Shown: positions 1 through 14,120 of the stretch, in pieces | How positions within the stretch are numbered: position 1 is the first letter of the stretch | How the letters are laid out: each line of letters opens with the position of its first letter | Source: Felis catus | Lineage: Eukaryota | Reading direction: 5' to 3' | Length of the DNA stretch: 64,000 nt | Assembly: GCF_018350175.1 (NCBI RefSeq) | Contig: NC_058368.1 | Coordinates: 8,370,001-8,434,000 of the forward strand | Translations under genes and position numbers: made by a program | Notes under the pieces: generated by a model | Database searches by the model: none | Seen by the model: the letters and a program-made list of their open reading frames with translations, nothing else | Told to the model about the DNA's origin: nothing

Positions 1-659
1 ATGTGATGGAAAATTGTCGAACTATACTGATTTTTACAACAAGACACTTTCTTGCCATATGCTGGAAAATTGCAATATAAATAATCAAACTACCCATCTT
101 TAAACCATCGGTGTTGCAACAAAGATGCACAGTTTTTGAAATCGTAGAGATGCTAATGATGTGATCGGTGGCCTCTTAAACGTGGTGAACTTGCACAGTA
201 CACAACTTGAACAGATGCCAGGCTGGCTTTGCTTTGTTGGGATTTAATTCAGGGTAGACTCTAAGGAGGGAAACTTTTTATTAATTCTGGTCATTGGGGC
301 AGAGGATAGAAACAACAGTGTGGGGTATGGCTTTCACTGGACACTTGGGTAGCATGAAAGAAACTTGTTAGAAGGACAGTAGCTTCTATAGGTTTGGAGG
401 CCAGAAGGGTAGCCTGAGCTTTCTAGGGGTAAAACTAGGAAAGGAAAACCTCAACTTTTATGTTTTAAATCAAATTTATGCGTGAGTTCCTGAGACTTAG
501 TGATATAGAGTGTATATTTTCAGAGTGCCAACCTTACTCAAGCGGGCTTTATTCTGTAGATCACCACCTCTGTGATGGGCTTATTCTGAAAGACTATTTA
601 AACTTGAGTGTTTTGTCCCAGTGAAAGGGAGCTACTTTCAAAATGTTGAGGGTGTTCAT

Positions 660-850
660 GGAGCACCTGGGTGGCTCAGTCAGTTGGGCAGCCAATTCTT
701 GATTTTGACTCAGGTCATGATCTCATGGTTTCTTGGGTTTGAGCCCCACATCAGGCTCTGTACTGACAGTGTGGAGCCTGCTTGGGATTCTCTCTTGCCT
801 TCTCTCTGCCCTCCTCCCCCACCCTCCAAATAAGTAAATAAACTTTAAAA
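660..850 (+). mobile_element. Can-SINE (tRNA-derived carnivore SINE)
   Basis: ggagcacctgggtggctcagtcagtt head, CT-rich body, A-rich tail; TSD atgttgagggtgttca on both sides (~643-658 and ~853-868). Confidence 0.93.
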
Positions 851-1478
851 AGATGTTGAGGGTGTTCAAAATGGATGGATGGCTCTTCCCTGCTTAACAA
901 TTTTTTTATTATTATTTTTTCTGCTTAACCAATTTTTAAATTAATCTTCCGATGAGACAAAAAGCTGTGAAGTTGTTGTTAATGGGTAGATAGCGATTGA
1001 TAAATACAGGGTAAGGAGGATGCAGCAGTATTTTAGGACAGCAGGTGGAGAATGTGGCTGATGACTGATGTGTTAAAGAACAGATCCGGGAAAAAAACTT
1101 AATGCAGTGCTGATAGGTGGCAGTGGTTGCAGGAGTGGTCAGGGTGGTGGTGACAGCCGCCATAATGTTGATGACTCCTGTGAGGGAGGACATGGAAGGA
1201 AAGGATGCCAGGCCATGGAAACAAAACATATGGCCTAAGAAGAAGCTTCGGCATCCTTAATGCTGATGACAGAATTGATTAGAGGGAAATTCAAGGAGCT
1301 CCTCTTTGTGGAATGCCAAGTTAGTTTTCTTATTGTATCACTTATCCGTCCCCTCCTCCCCCAAAGGACACCACCTTACATTAAGAATGACAATAAAGAG
1401 ACCTTAGAGAGTAGTTCTAATTCCAGTGAATGTTGATGTTTATCTCCCATACCCCAGCTCATGGCCCTCATTGCTTTC

Positions 1479-1481
<3 letters not shown>

Positions 1482-1530
<49 letters not shown>
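1482..1530. repeat. (TG)n microsatellite
   Basis: uninterrupted TG run. Confidence 0.98.
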
Positions 1531-1535
<5 letters not shown>

Positions 1536-1685
1536 GTGGGGTTGATACTCTGGGTACTGAAGCAGAGGAACACATGGTCAATTCAGAGAACCATTTAGGT
1601 GATTTAGGGGAGAGGCCCTGGTGTTGTTTACATGTGAAACCTCTCTCCCCCACCCCTGCCACATATACATGATCTATGTTTTAAA

Positions 1686-1898
1686 ATATTTTTTAAATGT
1701 TTATTTATGTTTGAGAGAGACAGAGACAGAATGCGAGTGGGTTAGGGGCAGAGAGAGAGGGAGACACAGAATCAGAAGCAGGCTCCAGGCTCCGAGCTGT
1801 CAGCACAGAGGCTGACGCGGGGCTCGAACTCACGAGGCATGAGATCGTGACCTGAGCCAAAGTTGGACGCTCAACCGACTGAGCCACCCAGGTGCCCG
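1686..1898 (-). mobile_element. Can-SINE (SINEC_Fc-like)
   Basis: reverse-complement SINE ending ...gagccacccaggtgccc; TSD tacatgatctatgttttaaa at 1665-1684 and 1899-1918. Confidence 0.95.
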
Positions 1899-4800
1899 TA
1901 CATGATCTATGTTTTAAAGAAAGGTATTTTGAGGATGTATTTGTTTTTAATGAGTGGAGGGTGCAGAAGGAAGTGGGAAAGCGGATAAGGGAGGCTTATA
2001 TAAATCAATTCCCTCCCACCCTCGGATAATTGCTTAGATGTTGTTTTGCTTTGTGGATATTAAGTCTGATTTTTTTCTCTGCTGTCGGAATGCCAAGGAA
2101 AGAGCAACAATAGGAAGATGTTCTGGGGTCTGATATTTGGCACCTGTGATACTGAGCTAATAAGTTCGTGTTCCATTTTCCTTACCTTTCAGTAGGGAGA
2201 AGGATATTTGCAGTTAGAAAATGCTGAGGAAATCTTTGTGAAAACACTAGCTTAACAAATGTTAAAATGGCACAGAATAAGGTACATAACAACAGTATAG
2301 CATTCTCGTTGTCATTAATCTTCGTACTTTCGGATTAAAACATTTTATCGCTATGTGGTCCAAATAATCGTCTTGATTATTTTTAATAAGAGACCCTTTA
2401 TGTTGATTATATAAAGATGTACATACACACTCTGACGTAAGAGAGATGTAGAAAGAGTAGCTTTTAAAAAGGAGTCTTAGCGGGGTATCATACGCTAGAG
2501 GTTGTTCGATTAGGCATATAGCACCCTGTATTAATGCATGCTCAATGGAATGGAATCACTTTACAGTGTTTAAATGCCAATAATATCTGACTCAGAGCAA
2601 GTGCTCACTTACTCCAGTGCTGTGCTGAGCTGACCACACTCCTTTGTCTCCTTTGTTCCTTAAACACCCTGCGAGGTAGATGGTGCCATGGCCCTTGGTT
2701 TGCAGCTGGGGCTTGTAGCCAGCCTTGCCCTTACTCACTAGGTCTGCTGCCCCTTTGGACACTGGATGAAATCTTGTAGACTCCTGAAAGTGTTTTTCAT
2801 TTCTCAAACTCTATGCATTTCAGACCAGCCTGGCTCAGTCCTCATAATATGAAGCCTGATAGCTTCACACATGGAATTGCTTTAAAATTGAGCAAATAAT
2901 TCTATCATTAGATGGCACCTGCTGAATAAGGCCAGAGGAATCCTAAAAATAAATTTGCACCACATAACGAGATGTGAGGGAATTGTTGGTTACAATTTGT
3001 TTCCCAGAGACCTTAGAGATTTTTGAAGAATATGTTGGTTTTTTTTTTTCACCATTAAAGAAGGTCCTGTGATTTGAAAATATCTAAATGTCAAATAGGA
3101 CCGAAATAGTCTCAGATTTTTGAGGATTGGAAGAAACTCAGCAGTGTGTGTGTGTGTCTTGTTTTCTGCTTTAGCATTATCTTGAGGAATAGATTAGAAA
3201 CTCTAGGGTCTCACAGTCCCATTATTTCAGGGAAGGTGAGGTTAATATTCTTCCATATCTGCCTTTTCCTTAGAAAACCCAGGAGGAGAGCCCAAGCACA
3301 TTTTAATATTTAAATCCATAGATGCAGAGCCCAGGGTTTTAAGAAATTGGTTGTTGGGGGAGGGGAGGCAGAGCGAATAAGTGTCACATGGCTGATCCCG
3401 TTAAGATGATGGACACCACGTAGGTTTCTTTGTTGTCTGTTTCTCCATGTGTCCAAGACTGTACAATTTTCCATGCACTGCTGTCTCGTACTGTTAGATA
3501 CATGCTATTATCTGGCCTCCGTAGTTAAGAAAGAAACCCGTGTTCTGTCTGAGGCGAGGTCAGATTTTATTCAACTAGGTCGTCGGGGCACACACACGGG
3601 GGCCTGGATCGCACTGGCACCGTGTCGTCTTTGGTAATTAAATGGGTAAGCATGCCAGCAGCACACGCGATGGCTTCACTCCCGCTATTCGAGGCAGATA
3701 GCCGGCAGCCGTGTGATACTTGTACACGCGTCCAGTTAATGATGAATTACGACGGGAATCCTGGAAGGGCTCCTGCGAGTCTCATGTTAAGTCAGATGAG
3801 TTCACTGTAGTTCAAGTTAGCACAGAAATCACAGAAGAATTAAAAATGGATGGGTTATTCAGATGTTTTATGAGTCACTTTGAGGACATCTTAGAATACT
3901 GTAGACTCCGCCCGCCCCTTTCCTCTTGGAAGCACTGAGAACCCGAGCTGACATAGCCATTTGGTGGGGACTTCCTGGGGCAGCAGCCTGGGACCTTCGT
4001 GAGGAGAGATCAGTTGCAGATCCATTTCATGTTCTTCTTTTGAAGGTTGAGTTTGGTTCCAACTATAGGAGAATGAGTTAAATGGCTTTTAAAATACGAC
4101 TTTTTAAGATTTGCTTTTGCGTGAAAAGGATTTTGTATTTAGCTTTTCATCATATTTTTATAGTCATTATTCATTTTACTTGCCATCCTGACCTTTGAAA
4201 ATGCTGTGTGCACACGTGTGTGCGTGCGTCTGTGTGTTTGATGTGCTCTTAGGGTGAGGATGCTCCGCTTCGATGCCAGGATGGGCAGGATGACCTTCCC
4301 AGAAGTGGTTGTTGACCTGTGCAGGTTGCGGAGCAACCAGAAGTGGTTCCCAGAAGTGGTTGTTGGCCTGTGGCTGGGGGGGGACACGGGGGTCCACAGC
4401 ATCTTCTCATCTTGTTCCTGTAGGGCCAGCTCATCATTGGAAAGTAAGCTCCATGGGGGCTGGCATTTGTTCATTCACTGCTGTTTCCTGACACTGTGGC
4501 CTCCGAACGCCTGACACTTGCTGGGTGCCCCGTGGACGTTTGTAGGATGAGGGAGGCCGACTGGAAGCTGGTGGCTCTGGGGAGTAGGATGCCTTTTTTT
4601 CCCATCTCAATTGGAGGAAACCAAGAAGATGCGTGTAGGCCTTCTGTTATTCTTTCTGCATCAGAGGCGTAGTGAGAGATCACGGCAAGACTTAACGCTT
4701 CATTTAAGAAACTGGGGAGAAGCAATCTTTTATTCATGGCATAGAACGTACTCAGTTCAAGTCCTGGCTTTGCAGGTGAGTCCCTGATATGTTGGCTTTC

Positions 4801-4899
4801 TCTTTATGCTTTTTTATGTATAGACAGCTTGTTACGTTTGTCAGTCTGAACCAGAAAGGTCATGAGAAAGGCATGACGAAGGATGGCGTGGCATTTGGT

Positions 4900-5060
4900 G
4901 GTGACACTCTGGGTCATATCTTGGCATTTGGGAGTATGTGACCTGAATTGCATTACAGTTCCCTTCCCTTAAAATGGGATAGCACTTGTCCTGTAGTTCC
5001 AGAAGGATCCAATGACATGATAAGGTAGGGCACCCAATAATGTTACAGTGCTGGGCACAA
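4900..5060 (+). mobile_element. MIR fragment (approximate bounds)
   Basis: degenerate MIR core: tatgtgacctg...cagttcccttccttaaaatgggatagcac. Confidence 0.5.
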
Positions 5061-5106
5061 AGGAAATATTGCTTTCCCTTCCAAGTAAGGCCGTGTTTAA
5101 AATTGA

Positions 5107-5313
5107 GGGGCACCTGGAGGGCTCAGTGGGTTAAGCGTCTGACTTTGGCTCAGGTTGCGATCTCATGGTTCGTGGGTTCGAGCCCCACGTCGGGCTCTGT
5201 GCTGACAGCTCAGAGCCTGGAGCCTGCTTCGGATTCTGTGTCTCCTTCTCTCTCTGCACCTCCCCCACTCATGCTCTGTCTCTCTCTAAAAAAATAAATA
5301 AAAAAGTTTAAAA
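5107..5313 (+). mobile_element. Can-SINE (SINEC_Fc-like)
   Basis: ggggcacctggagggctcagtgggttaagcgtctgac...gctgacagctcagagcctggagcctgcttcggattc...A tail. Confidence 0.95.
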
Positions 5314-7699
5314 AGTCTCCTTTGAGAAGCTGACATTTCTAGACTTGCTAAACTTCTTAAAAAAGCGTATATAGTCCCCCCGCCCCTTCTTTCTCAAAAT
5401 AGGGTATATTAAAGGGTCCTATACAGGAAGTAGGGCTGCTCAAAAGTTGTGGTTTGGCCGAGGAGTCTGTTTAGGCATTCACATAACTGCGCCAATCTGA
5501 GCTCATTTGCTAATGAACCAACATTCTTCCATGTGGAAGCCACATGAGAGCAGACCGTGGGGAAATCTAAACTAAGTTTTGAGGTCTGTCAATCCAGGGT
5601 ATCCTTCTCCTCAGAGTTTAATTTAGAGGAATAGTGATTCTCTGTAATAACCGCAATGCATGAAAGAATTAGATCGGAAACGCTTGGCCAATTGTAAGTT
5701 CTAAGATGTATTTCAGGTCACTGGAGAGGTTTAACATCAACCAAAACGCACGGATACACTTCTGACTCCATCAAGTCAAAAGCTGTATGTGTCTTTTCAA
5801 TATTTTAGTTCTGTTCTCTTTTTTTTTTCCCCTCTCGTTAAAAGAAATTAAATTATCTGGGCAGATTCATCTCCACAGACTATTATAAATGTGCAAATAA
5901 TATGCCACTTATGGTGGATTTTTAATAGACTCCTTGTCAGAAGAACTCATGTCTTCTTCTGCTGCACATAGAAGCGGTTCTTGTTATGCATTCAGAAAAC
6001 AAAGCAGTCTTTCCTTTATTAAGAAAATGCATACTTAACAAAGCCAATGAATTTTAATAGGAAAAGGGTATTAGGACTCATCATCTTCCTAAAAGGCAGA
6101 CGTAATAGAAATGATAGTCTGTGAAGCTCCTTGCTCCATAGCACCCCATCAATGCCTTGCCGGGGATTCGTCCTTCTACCTTGCGGTGGGGTTATTTACA
6201 AACACGTTATTTCCATATTGGACATTATGCTTCTTCGGTGGGGTGATCCATGTCTCATTTACTTCAGAATTATTTGACAAAATGCCTTGCACGTAATGGG
6301 GCTTAGTAAGTATTTGGTGAATGAAAATGTTGTCTGCCCAAAGCACGGAGGGCTGGATTCATTATGGTTCTCATTATTTAAGATGGGAATGGTGTGGAAG
6401 GGTTGATGTCTGTCTTAGATCCTGTTCAAGCCATCGCGCTGGGCTGTCTTTAGGATGGCAAGAGGAACCTGCCAGAAACTCACCTAGGGTAACTTTCTTT
6501 GTAAAGTGGGAATATATTGAAATAGGCATGAACGGTTTGGTGTTTCTGTAAATAGAGTGAGTATCATTTGAGGTTTTTTTTGGTGGCATTTTCATTCTCC
6601 TTGTTGGAGAAATGGGGATGGGGGTGGAATCTACAGGTTTGTTTTTTTTTTTTCTGCCAGAAGGAAGAGACGGGGGACACAGGAGCCCTGAGAGGGAAGA
6701 GTGATAGTGACTGGTCCCAAAGAAAAGGCAAAAGGACCCACTTCCGAGAAGGAGTCAGGAGAAGGACTCAGTGGGATGTCAGGCCTCGGTTAGATTCTAG
6801 AAGACATTAAAGATAACTTGAGACTTTTAAAACTTCTTTTGATTGTGTCACTGTCTTCCTCTTCCTTGTTTATTATTTGCACCGTGTCCTCAGTCTCATT
6901 ACTGCTCTGGCAAATGCCAGGGAATTGATAAGCAGTTGGTAGGGTGGTCTCACAGGGCAGGCCTCGTTGCCCTCCATACGTGGCCTGATTCCTCCACCTG
7001 CACTGTCCGAGGAAACCAGGCAGCTGCCCTGAAGATCGATGCCACTTTGGAGTTATGCTTTCTAAGGCCAGCCGGGCCCTGTATAGCTCCTGCACCTGGG
7101 CGTCCGCTGTCAGCTCCGCTCAGCCTGGGGAGAGCGGGAGGGGAAGGTTCATCTAGGCCTTCTCCTCGGACAGACACTGGCATTTACTTACCTGGGCCTT
7201 CTGCCTTGGCTGGGCTCAGCCCTCGTATATTTGACAGCCCCCTATATAACCCCGCAGGACAACGCTCAGATTCCTCAGCAGAGTGTTCCTTTGCACACTC
7301 TGTCTTCGATCTGCATTTCCTGCTGCCTGCTCCTGTTTTAGTTCAGCTGTGGAAGTATGTATTAAATGTGTGCTTTGTGATATTTACCAAATAAAATTTG
7401 GTTTCATGTTTTCCAAGAAATTACCACCTGATGGGATAGACTAGTACGTAAACAGTGGTTTAAAGCGATGTTACATGGGAAGCATGGAGGTGAGGTTCCA
7501 TCCTTCCTAAGCCACTCATAGTTAGTATGTCTGGGGATCAGTCAGTATTGATTTGATATTGGTGTTTTATATCTGTAGTACTGAATGACAACAATTGCTG
7601 TACCGGAAAATAATTTTAGCTACCGTAAGAGCTGTCAGAGTCAAAAGAAATAAATTATACTCAGTGGTGTGTAGTCTGGCAGGACAAGAGACTAATACA

Positions 7700-7998
7700 T
7701 ACCGTTGACCCTTGAACTTGTGGGGATTGGGGGCCTGTCATCCCCCTGTGCAGCTGAAAATTCATCTGTGACTTTTGATTTCCCCAAACTTAACTACTAA
7801 TAGCCTGTAGTAGACCAGAAGCTTTACCGACAACATAAACAGTTAGGTTATATTTTGTGTGTTATGTGTGCCGTGCACTGTATTCTTACGATAAAACAAG
7901 CCAGAGAAAAGAAAACGTTACTGAGGAAATCATGAGGAAAACACGTTAATAGTACTGTGCTGGGAAAAACCCACGTATAGTGGGCCTAGTCAAACCCA
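7700..7998. mobile_element. Tigger2-type (Tc1/mariner) non-autonomous DNA transposon
   Basis: terminal ta-ccgttgacccttgaac and the characteristic internal cccaaacttaactactaatagcct...gaagctttaccgacaacataaacag. Confidence 0.75.
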
Positions 7999-8289
7999 GG
8001 CAAAGGCCAGTCTCCCACAAAGGATTTTCTGACCTAAAATATCAGTTGTGTCAGAGTTGGCAAAGCTCTGGTCTGGATGCCTGACCTATGTTGCTCGTAT
8101 TCACTAGAGAATTTTATAAGAGCTCAAATCAAGTGTGCCCATAAAGATATTTAAAAAGATGATTTTGAACCAAAGGGGGTTGGAGGGCTAGATTACAGGC
8201 AGAGTGATTCGTAGCAATTTTTCACTGGTGATGGTGACCCTCTTTTATTTTGGCCTTTGCTACGGTCTTTTTTATTTTTTTAACAAGCT

Positions 8290-8987
8290 CTCTTAAAAAT
8301 CAAGGCATCATTGACATACAATATTTTCTGAGTTTCAGGTGCACGACATTGTGGTTTGATATTTTTATCCATCGCAAAATGATCACCTTGATACATCTAG
8401 CTGTCACCCTACCTGTCACCCTACAAAGTTAACACGATTATTGACTGTATTCTTCATGCTGTACATGAATCTCTGTGACTTAATTATTTTATAACTGGAA
8501 TTTTGTATTTCTTGATCCCCTTCACCCATTTTGTGTCCACCCCTCTCTCCCCTCCCCTCTGACAACCCCCGGTCTGTTCACTGTATCTATGAGTCTGATT
8601 TTGCTTTGTTTTGTTGCTTAGATTCCACATATGAGTGAAATCATATGGTTTTTGTCTTCCTCTGACTTATTTTGCTTAGTATAATACCTTCAGGATCCAA
8701 CCATGTTGTTGCAAGTGGCAAGATTCCATTCTTTTTATGGCTTCTTTATTCATTCCTCTTCTTTATCCATTCATCTATCAATGGATACTTGGGTTGTCTG
8801 TAAATCTTGGCTTTAGTAAATAATGCTGCAGTGAACATAGGGGAGCATATATCTTTTTGAATTAGTATTCTCATTTTCCTTGGATAGACACCCAGTAGTG
8901 GAGTTGTTGGATCATGTGGTAGTTCTATTTTTAAGTTTTTGAGGAACCTCCATACTGTTATTCATAGTAGCTGTATCAATTTACATT
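8290..8987 (-). mobile_element. L1 3' end (older carnivore L1)
   Basis: antisense L1 3'UTR/ORF2 end: gattccacatatgagtgaaatcatatgg, ttgaggaacctccatactg. Confidence 0.9.
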
Positions 8988-8992
8988 TTTTT

Positions 8993-9826
8993 GGTAAATA
9001 TTTAACATGTAAGCGTTAAACAACACACTACTGCACAAGCAACAGGCCGCATAAGAAATCAAACAGCAAATCAAAGTATGTCTCAAAACAAAAGAAAAAG
9101 AAAATACAACATTACAAAACCTATGCGATGCAGCAAAAGCAGATGTTAGAGTGAAATTAATGCTATAAATGCTTCTATTAAGAGAAACACGTTCAAATAA
9201 ACAACATTGCACCACAGCAACTGGAAAAAGAACAAACATAGCTGAAATGTAGTAGAGGAAGGCATAAAAAAGAAGAATCAGAAGTAAATAGGAGAGAGAC
9301 CAGAATAAACAATAACATGATATGGAAAGAAATGACCAGCTTTTCAAAAAAAATTTTTGGCAGTGCTGTAACTACATTAAGAAAAAGAGAGAAGACTCAA
9401 AAACCAAAATGAGAAATGGAAGAGAGAATACAACAGATAACCACAGAAATACATAGTGTGATAATAGATTACTTTAAACAATCATATACTAACAAACAAA
9501 TCAGATAACTTAGGGAAAAAATCAGCTAATTCTTAAAAGCTCACAAGTTACCATGATTGAATCATGAATCTGGACTCCAAGAAATAGGAAATATTCTTAG
9601 ACCAGTGGAAGTTAAATTAGAAATAAAAAAATCTTCCAGCCCAGAAAAGCCTAAGACCACATGGTTTCATTGGCGAGTTCTACCAAACATTAAAAAAAAA
9701 AAAAAATTGATGACGGTCTTTATCAGAATCTTACAAATAACAGAATAGGTGGAACTCATTCAAAATCTTTCCATGAGGCCAGTGCTACCCTGACACCAAA
9801 GTAAGATAAAAACAATATGAGAAGAA
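8993..9826 (+). mobile_element. L1 ORF2 internal fragment, sense orientation, heavily degraded
   Basis: A-rich; caaaacctatgcgatgcagcaaaagcag (NLWDAAKA-like), ccatgaggccagtgctaccctgacaccaaa (YEASITLIPK-like). Confidence 0.8.
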
Positions 9827-11330
9827 TAAAGTCTAGTTTGTCTGATATAAGTATCACTGTTCCAGCTCTCTTTTGACATCCGTTTGTGTGATGAATGTTT
9901 CTCCATCCTCTCACTTTCAATATGCAGGTGTCTTTAGGTCTAAAATGAGCCTCTTGGAAGCAGCACATAGATAGGTCTGGTTTTTTGTTAATCTACTCTG
10001 ACACTGTATGTCTTTTGATTGGAATGTTTAGTCCACTTACTTTCAAAGTAATTATTGATAGATAGGTATTTATTGCCATTTTATTACTTGTTTTGTCATT
10101 GTTTCTGGAGATTTTCTCTGATCCTTTCTTGTCTTTGTCACTTTTGGTCTCTCCTTTGCACTCAAGGAGTCCCCTTTAATATTTCTGGCTTAGTGGTCAT
10201 GACCTCCTTTAGTCTTTGTTTGGGAAACTCTTTATCTCTTCTATTCTGAATAGAGTACTCTTGGCTGCAGATTTTTTCCCATTCAGCACTTTGAACATAG
10301 CATGCCAGTCCTTTCTGGCTTGCCAAGTTTCTGTTGAGAAATCTCCAGCTAGCCTTATGGGTTTTCCCTTGTAAGTTAAGGACTTCTTCTGTCTCACAGC
10401 CTTTAAGATTTTTTTTCTTTGTGCCTCCTGGATCTCGATGTCTGTTTCCTCCCCCAAATTAGGGAAATTTTCTGCTATTATTTCTGGAAATAAAATTTTT
10501 TTGCCCCATTTTCTCTCTCTTCTTCTTCTGGGACTCCTATAATATGAATGTTATTATGTTTGATGGAGACACTGAGTTCTCCAAGTCTATTCTCGTGTTG
10601 CATAATTCTTTTGTTCGGCTTCTTTATTTTCCATTATTTTGTCTTCTGTATCACTTATTTGTTCTTCTGATTCTTCCAGCCTGCTGTTCATTGAAGCAAG
10701 CCTGTTTCTAGTCTTGTTTATTGTAGTCTTTCTTCATCTCTGATTCTTTTTTAACTCTTCTATCTTTATTGTAAGAGTCTCCCTGATGTCTTCTTTTCTC
10801 AAGCCCAGTGAGCATCCTTAGGGTTGTTTCTTTAAATTCTCCATCAGGTATGTTACTTATATCCATTTTGCTTAGATCTCTGGCTTTGGCCTTATTTTGT
10901 TCTTTCATTTGGGATAAATTCCTCCATCTTGGCATTTTTTATTAGTCTCTGCTTCCTTCTCTGTGTTACAAAAGCCAGTTATATCTTCTGCTCCTGAAAG
11001 CAATGGCTTAACGAAGAAGAGGGCATGTAGTGCCCAGGGCCTGGCACTTCAGGGAGTGTCTCTGGTGTGTGCTCTGCTGTTGTGTTTTGGTTGCTCTATC
11101 CTTCAGGCTAGTTGTCTGCAGAGGCTCTCCTTGCCTTCTATGGGAACTCTTTGGTCCCTGGCCTGAATGTGGTGAGTTTTAACTAGGTGTGTTCTGGTCT
11201 GCGTGTGAAATGAGACCCGACACCACGTCCACCAGAACTGAGGCCCTGCAGAACTCTCTGGCTGGGAATGTGGGCAGGGACCTTTGTTGGTCTTCTGGGG
11301 AGGGGGCATACCACACTGGGACTGAGGCAC
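9827..11330 (-). mobile_element. L1 5' part (5'UTR remnant, ORF1, endonuclease start), degraded
   Basis: track peptides CCFQEAHFRPKDT (EN), KILKAVRQKKSLTYKGKPIRLAGDFSTETWQARKDW (ORF1), MPRWRNLSQMKEQ (ORF1 N-term). Confidence 0.88.
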
Positions 11331-11361
11331 ACTTGATTGAGAAGGGCAGTCCCACCATGGG

Positions 11362-14120
11362 ACTGGTTTTGATTTGCATTTCCCTAATGATTAGTGGTGT
11401 TGATCATCTTTTCATATGCCTGTTGACTGTATGCCTTTTTTGGGAAGAATGTCCATTCAGATATTCTGTACATTTTTAAATTGGATTGTTTACTTTTTGT
11501 TACTGAGTTGTAGGAGTTCTTTGTATATTTTGAATGTTAACCCTTGTTTGATATATGACTTGCAAATGTCTTCTATTAAGTAGGCTGTCTCCTAATTTGT
11601 TGGTGGTTTCCTTCACCATGTGGATGCTTTTAATTAGATGCAATCTTATTTGCTTATTTCTGCATTTGTTTCCCTTGCCTTTGGAATCAAGTAAAAAAAA
11701 AAATTACTAAGATCAGTTACTTAGTAATCAAAAAACATTTAGTAATCAAAAATGACTAAGGTCAAGGAGTTAAGTGCCTATGTTTTCTTCAGAGTTTTAT
11801 GGTTTCACATCTTACATTCAAATCTTTGAGTTAATTTGTACATATGGCATAAGATAACAGTCTAGTCTTTCTTTTGCATGTAGCTCTCTAGTTTTCCTCA
11901 TACCATTCATTGAAGAGATTCTTTTCTCCATTGTGTATTCTTTTTTCCTTTGTTGAAAATTAAATGATCATATATACATGGGTTTATTTCTAGGCTGTCT
12001 CATCTTTTCCATTGATCTATGTGTCTGTTTTCATGCCAGTACCATACTGTTTTGATTAGTATAGCTTTATAGTATAATTTGAAATCGGGGAGCATGATAC
12101 CTTTGGCTTTGTTTTTCTTAAGATTGTTTTGCCTATTTGTGGTCTTTTTGTGGTTCCACAGAAATTTTAGAATTATATGTTCATTTTTTATGAAAAATGA
12201 CATTGGAATTTATCAAAATTCCCTATCAAGGGATTGCATTAAATGTATAGATTGCTTTGGGTAGTATGGACATTTGAACAATACTAATTGTTCTAGTCCA
12301 TGAGCACAGAGTATCTTTCCATTTATTTGTGTCTTCTTCAGTTTCTTTCATTAATGTCTTATAGTTTTTATTGTACAGGTCTTTCATATCCTTGGTTAAG
12401 TTTATTCCTATTTTTTTCTGATGCAATTGTAAATGGGATTATTTGCTTTTCTGATAGTTCATTATTAGTATATCAAAATTCAGATTTTTGCAAATTAACT
12501 ATGTATCTTGCAATTTCACTGAGTTCATTTATTAGTTTTAACGGTTTTTTTGGTGGAGTGTTCAGGATATCCTATATATAGTATTATATCTACAAATAGT
12601 GATAATCTTATTTCTTCCTTTCCAATTTGGATGCCTTTCCTTTCTTTTTCTTCCTACTTGCAGTGGCCAGGCCTTCTGGTAATATGTTGAATAAAAGTGA
12701 GGAGAGTGGGCATCCTTGTCTTGTTTCTGATTTTAGAGGAAAAGCTTTCAGCTTTTTACTGTTGAGTATATTAGCTGTGGACTTTTTCATACATGGCCTT
12801 TATAATGTTAAGGTACATTCTGTCTATACCTAGTTTGTTGAGGGTTTTTATCATAGATGAATGGATTTTGTCAAATGCTTTTTCTGCATCTGTTGAGATG
12901 ATCATATTATTTTCTTTATCTTTTATTTTGTTAATGTGGTATATCACACTGATTGGTTTGCAGATGTTGAACCATCCCTCTATCCCTGGAATAAATCCCA
13001 CGTGATCATGGTGTATGGTTCTCTAAATGTATTACTGAATTTGGTTTACGAATATTTTGTGGAAGGTTTCGCATCTGTGTTCATTGGGGATGTTGGTCTG
13101 TAATTTTCTTTTTTTGTGGTGTCCTTGTCTGTTTTTGATATCAGGGAAATGCTGGCTTTGTAAAATGAGTTTGGATGCTTTCTCTCTTCTTTTTTCTTCA
13201 AGAGTTTCCATCTTCTCTGAATGTTTGAGAAAATTCACCAGTGAAGTCATCTGGCCCTGGACTTTTGTTTGTTGGCAGGTTTTTGATTACTTACTCAGTC
13301 TCCTTACTAGTAACTGGTCTATTCAGATTGTCTATTTCTTCATGATTCAGTCTTGGAAGATGGTATGTTTCTAGGAATTTATCCATTTCTTTTAGGTTGT
13401 CCAGTTTGTTGATGTATAATTTTTCATAGCAGTCTCCTATGATTTTTTATATTTCTGTGGTATCAACTATAACTTCTCTTTCATTCTCACTTTACTTATT
13501 TGAGCCCTCTCTGTTTTCTGCTTGTTGAATCTAGCTAAAGGTTTGCTTATTTTGTGCGTTTTTTCAGTGAACCCATTCTTAGTTTCATTGATCTTTTCTA
13601 TTATCTTTTTAGTCTCTATTTCATTTATTTCTGCTCTCATCTTTATTATTTTCTTCCTTCTACTAACTTTGGGCTTTGTTTTTCTTTTTTTTTTATAGTT
13701 CCTTTAGGTATACAGTTAAATTGTTTGAGATTTTTCTTGTTCCTTAAGGTAGGCCTCTATTACTATGAACTTCCTTCTTAGAACCACTCTTGCTGCTTCC
13801 CACAGAGTTTGGTATGTGTTATTTCTGTTTTCATTTGTCTCTAGGTGTTTTTTGATTTCTCCTTTGGCTTATTCTATGACCCGGTAGTTTGTTCTGTAAC
13901 ATGTTGTTTAATCTCCATGCATTTGTGGTTTTTCTGGGTTTCTTCTTATAATTGATTTCTAGTTTCATACCATTGTAGTTGGAAAAGATGCTTTATATGA
14001 TGTAAATATTTTTCAATTTGTTAAGATTTGTTTTGTGACCTAACATGATCTATCCTGGAGAATATCCCATGTGCACTTGAGAAGAGTGTGTATTTTGCTG
14101 CTTTAGGATGAAATGTTATG
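11362..14120 (-). mobile_element. L1 ORF2 region, 5'-truncated, degraded
   Basis: peptides [51 protein letters not shown]; many stops and frameshifts. Confidence 0.92.

Noticed and set aside
2..30. C/D-box snoRNA-like tgtgatgg...ctga at the window start
   Set aside because: Box C mismatched, spacing too short, no terminal stem visible.
660..760. SINE heads as tRNA genes
   Set aside because: They are tRNA-derived A/B boxes followed by SINE body, tail and TSD; no complete cloverleaf.
4770..4781. Perfect CAG|GTGAGT donor
   Set aside because: Isolated, adjacent to MIR-like sequence, and no convincing upstream acceptor or frame.
6843..7395. 183-aa ORF with TATATAA (7243-7249) and AATAAA (7390-7395), as a small gene or LTR
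   Set aside because: No ATG start, no homology recognised, the TATA lies inside the ORF, and I could not define TG...CA ends or a TSD.
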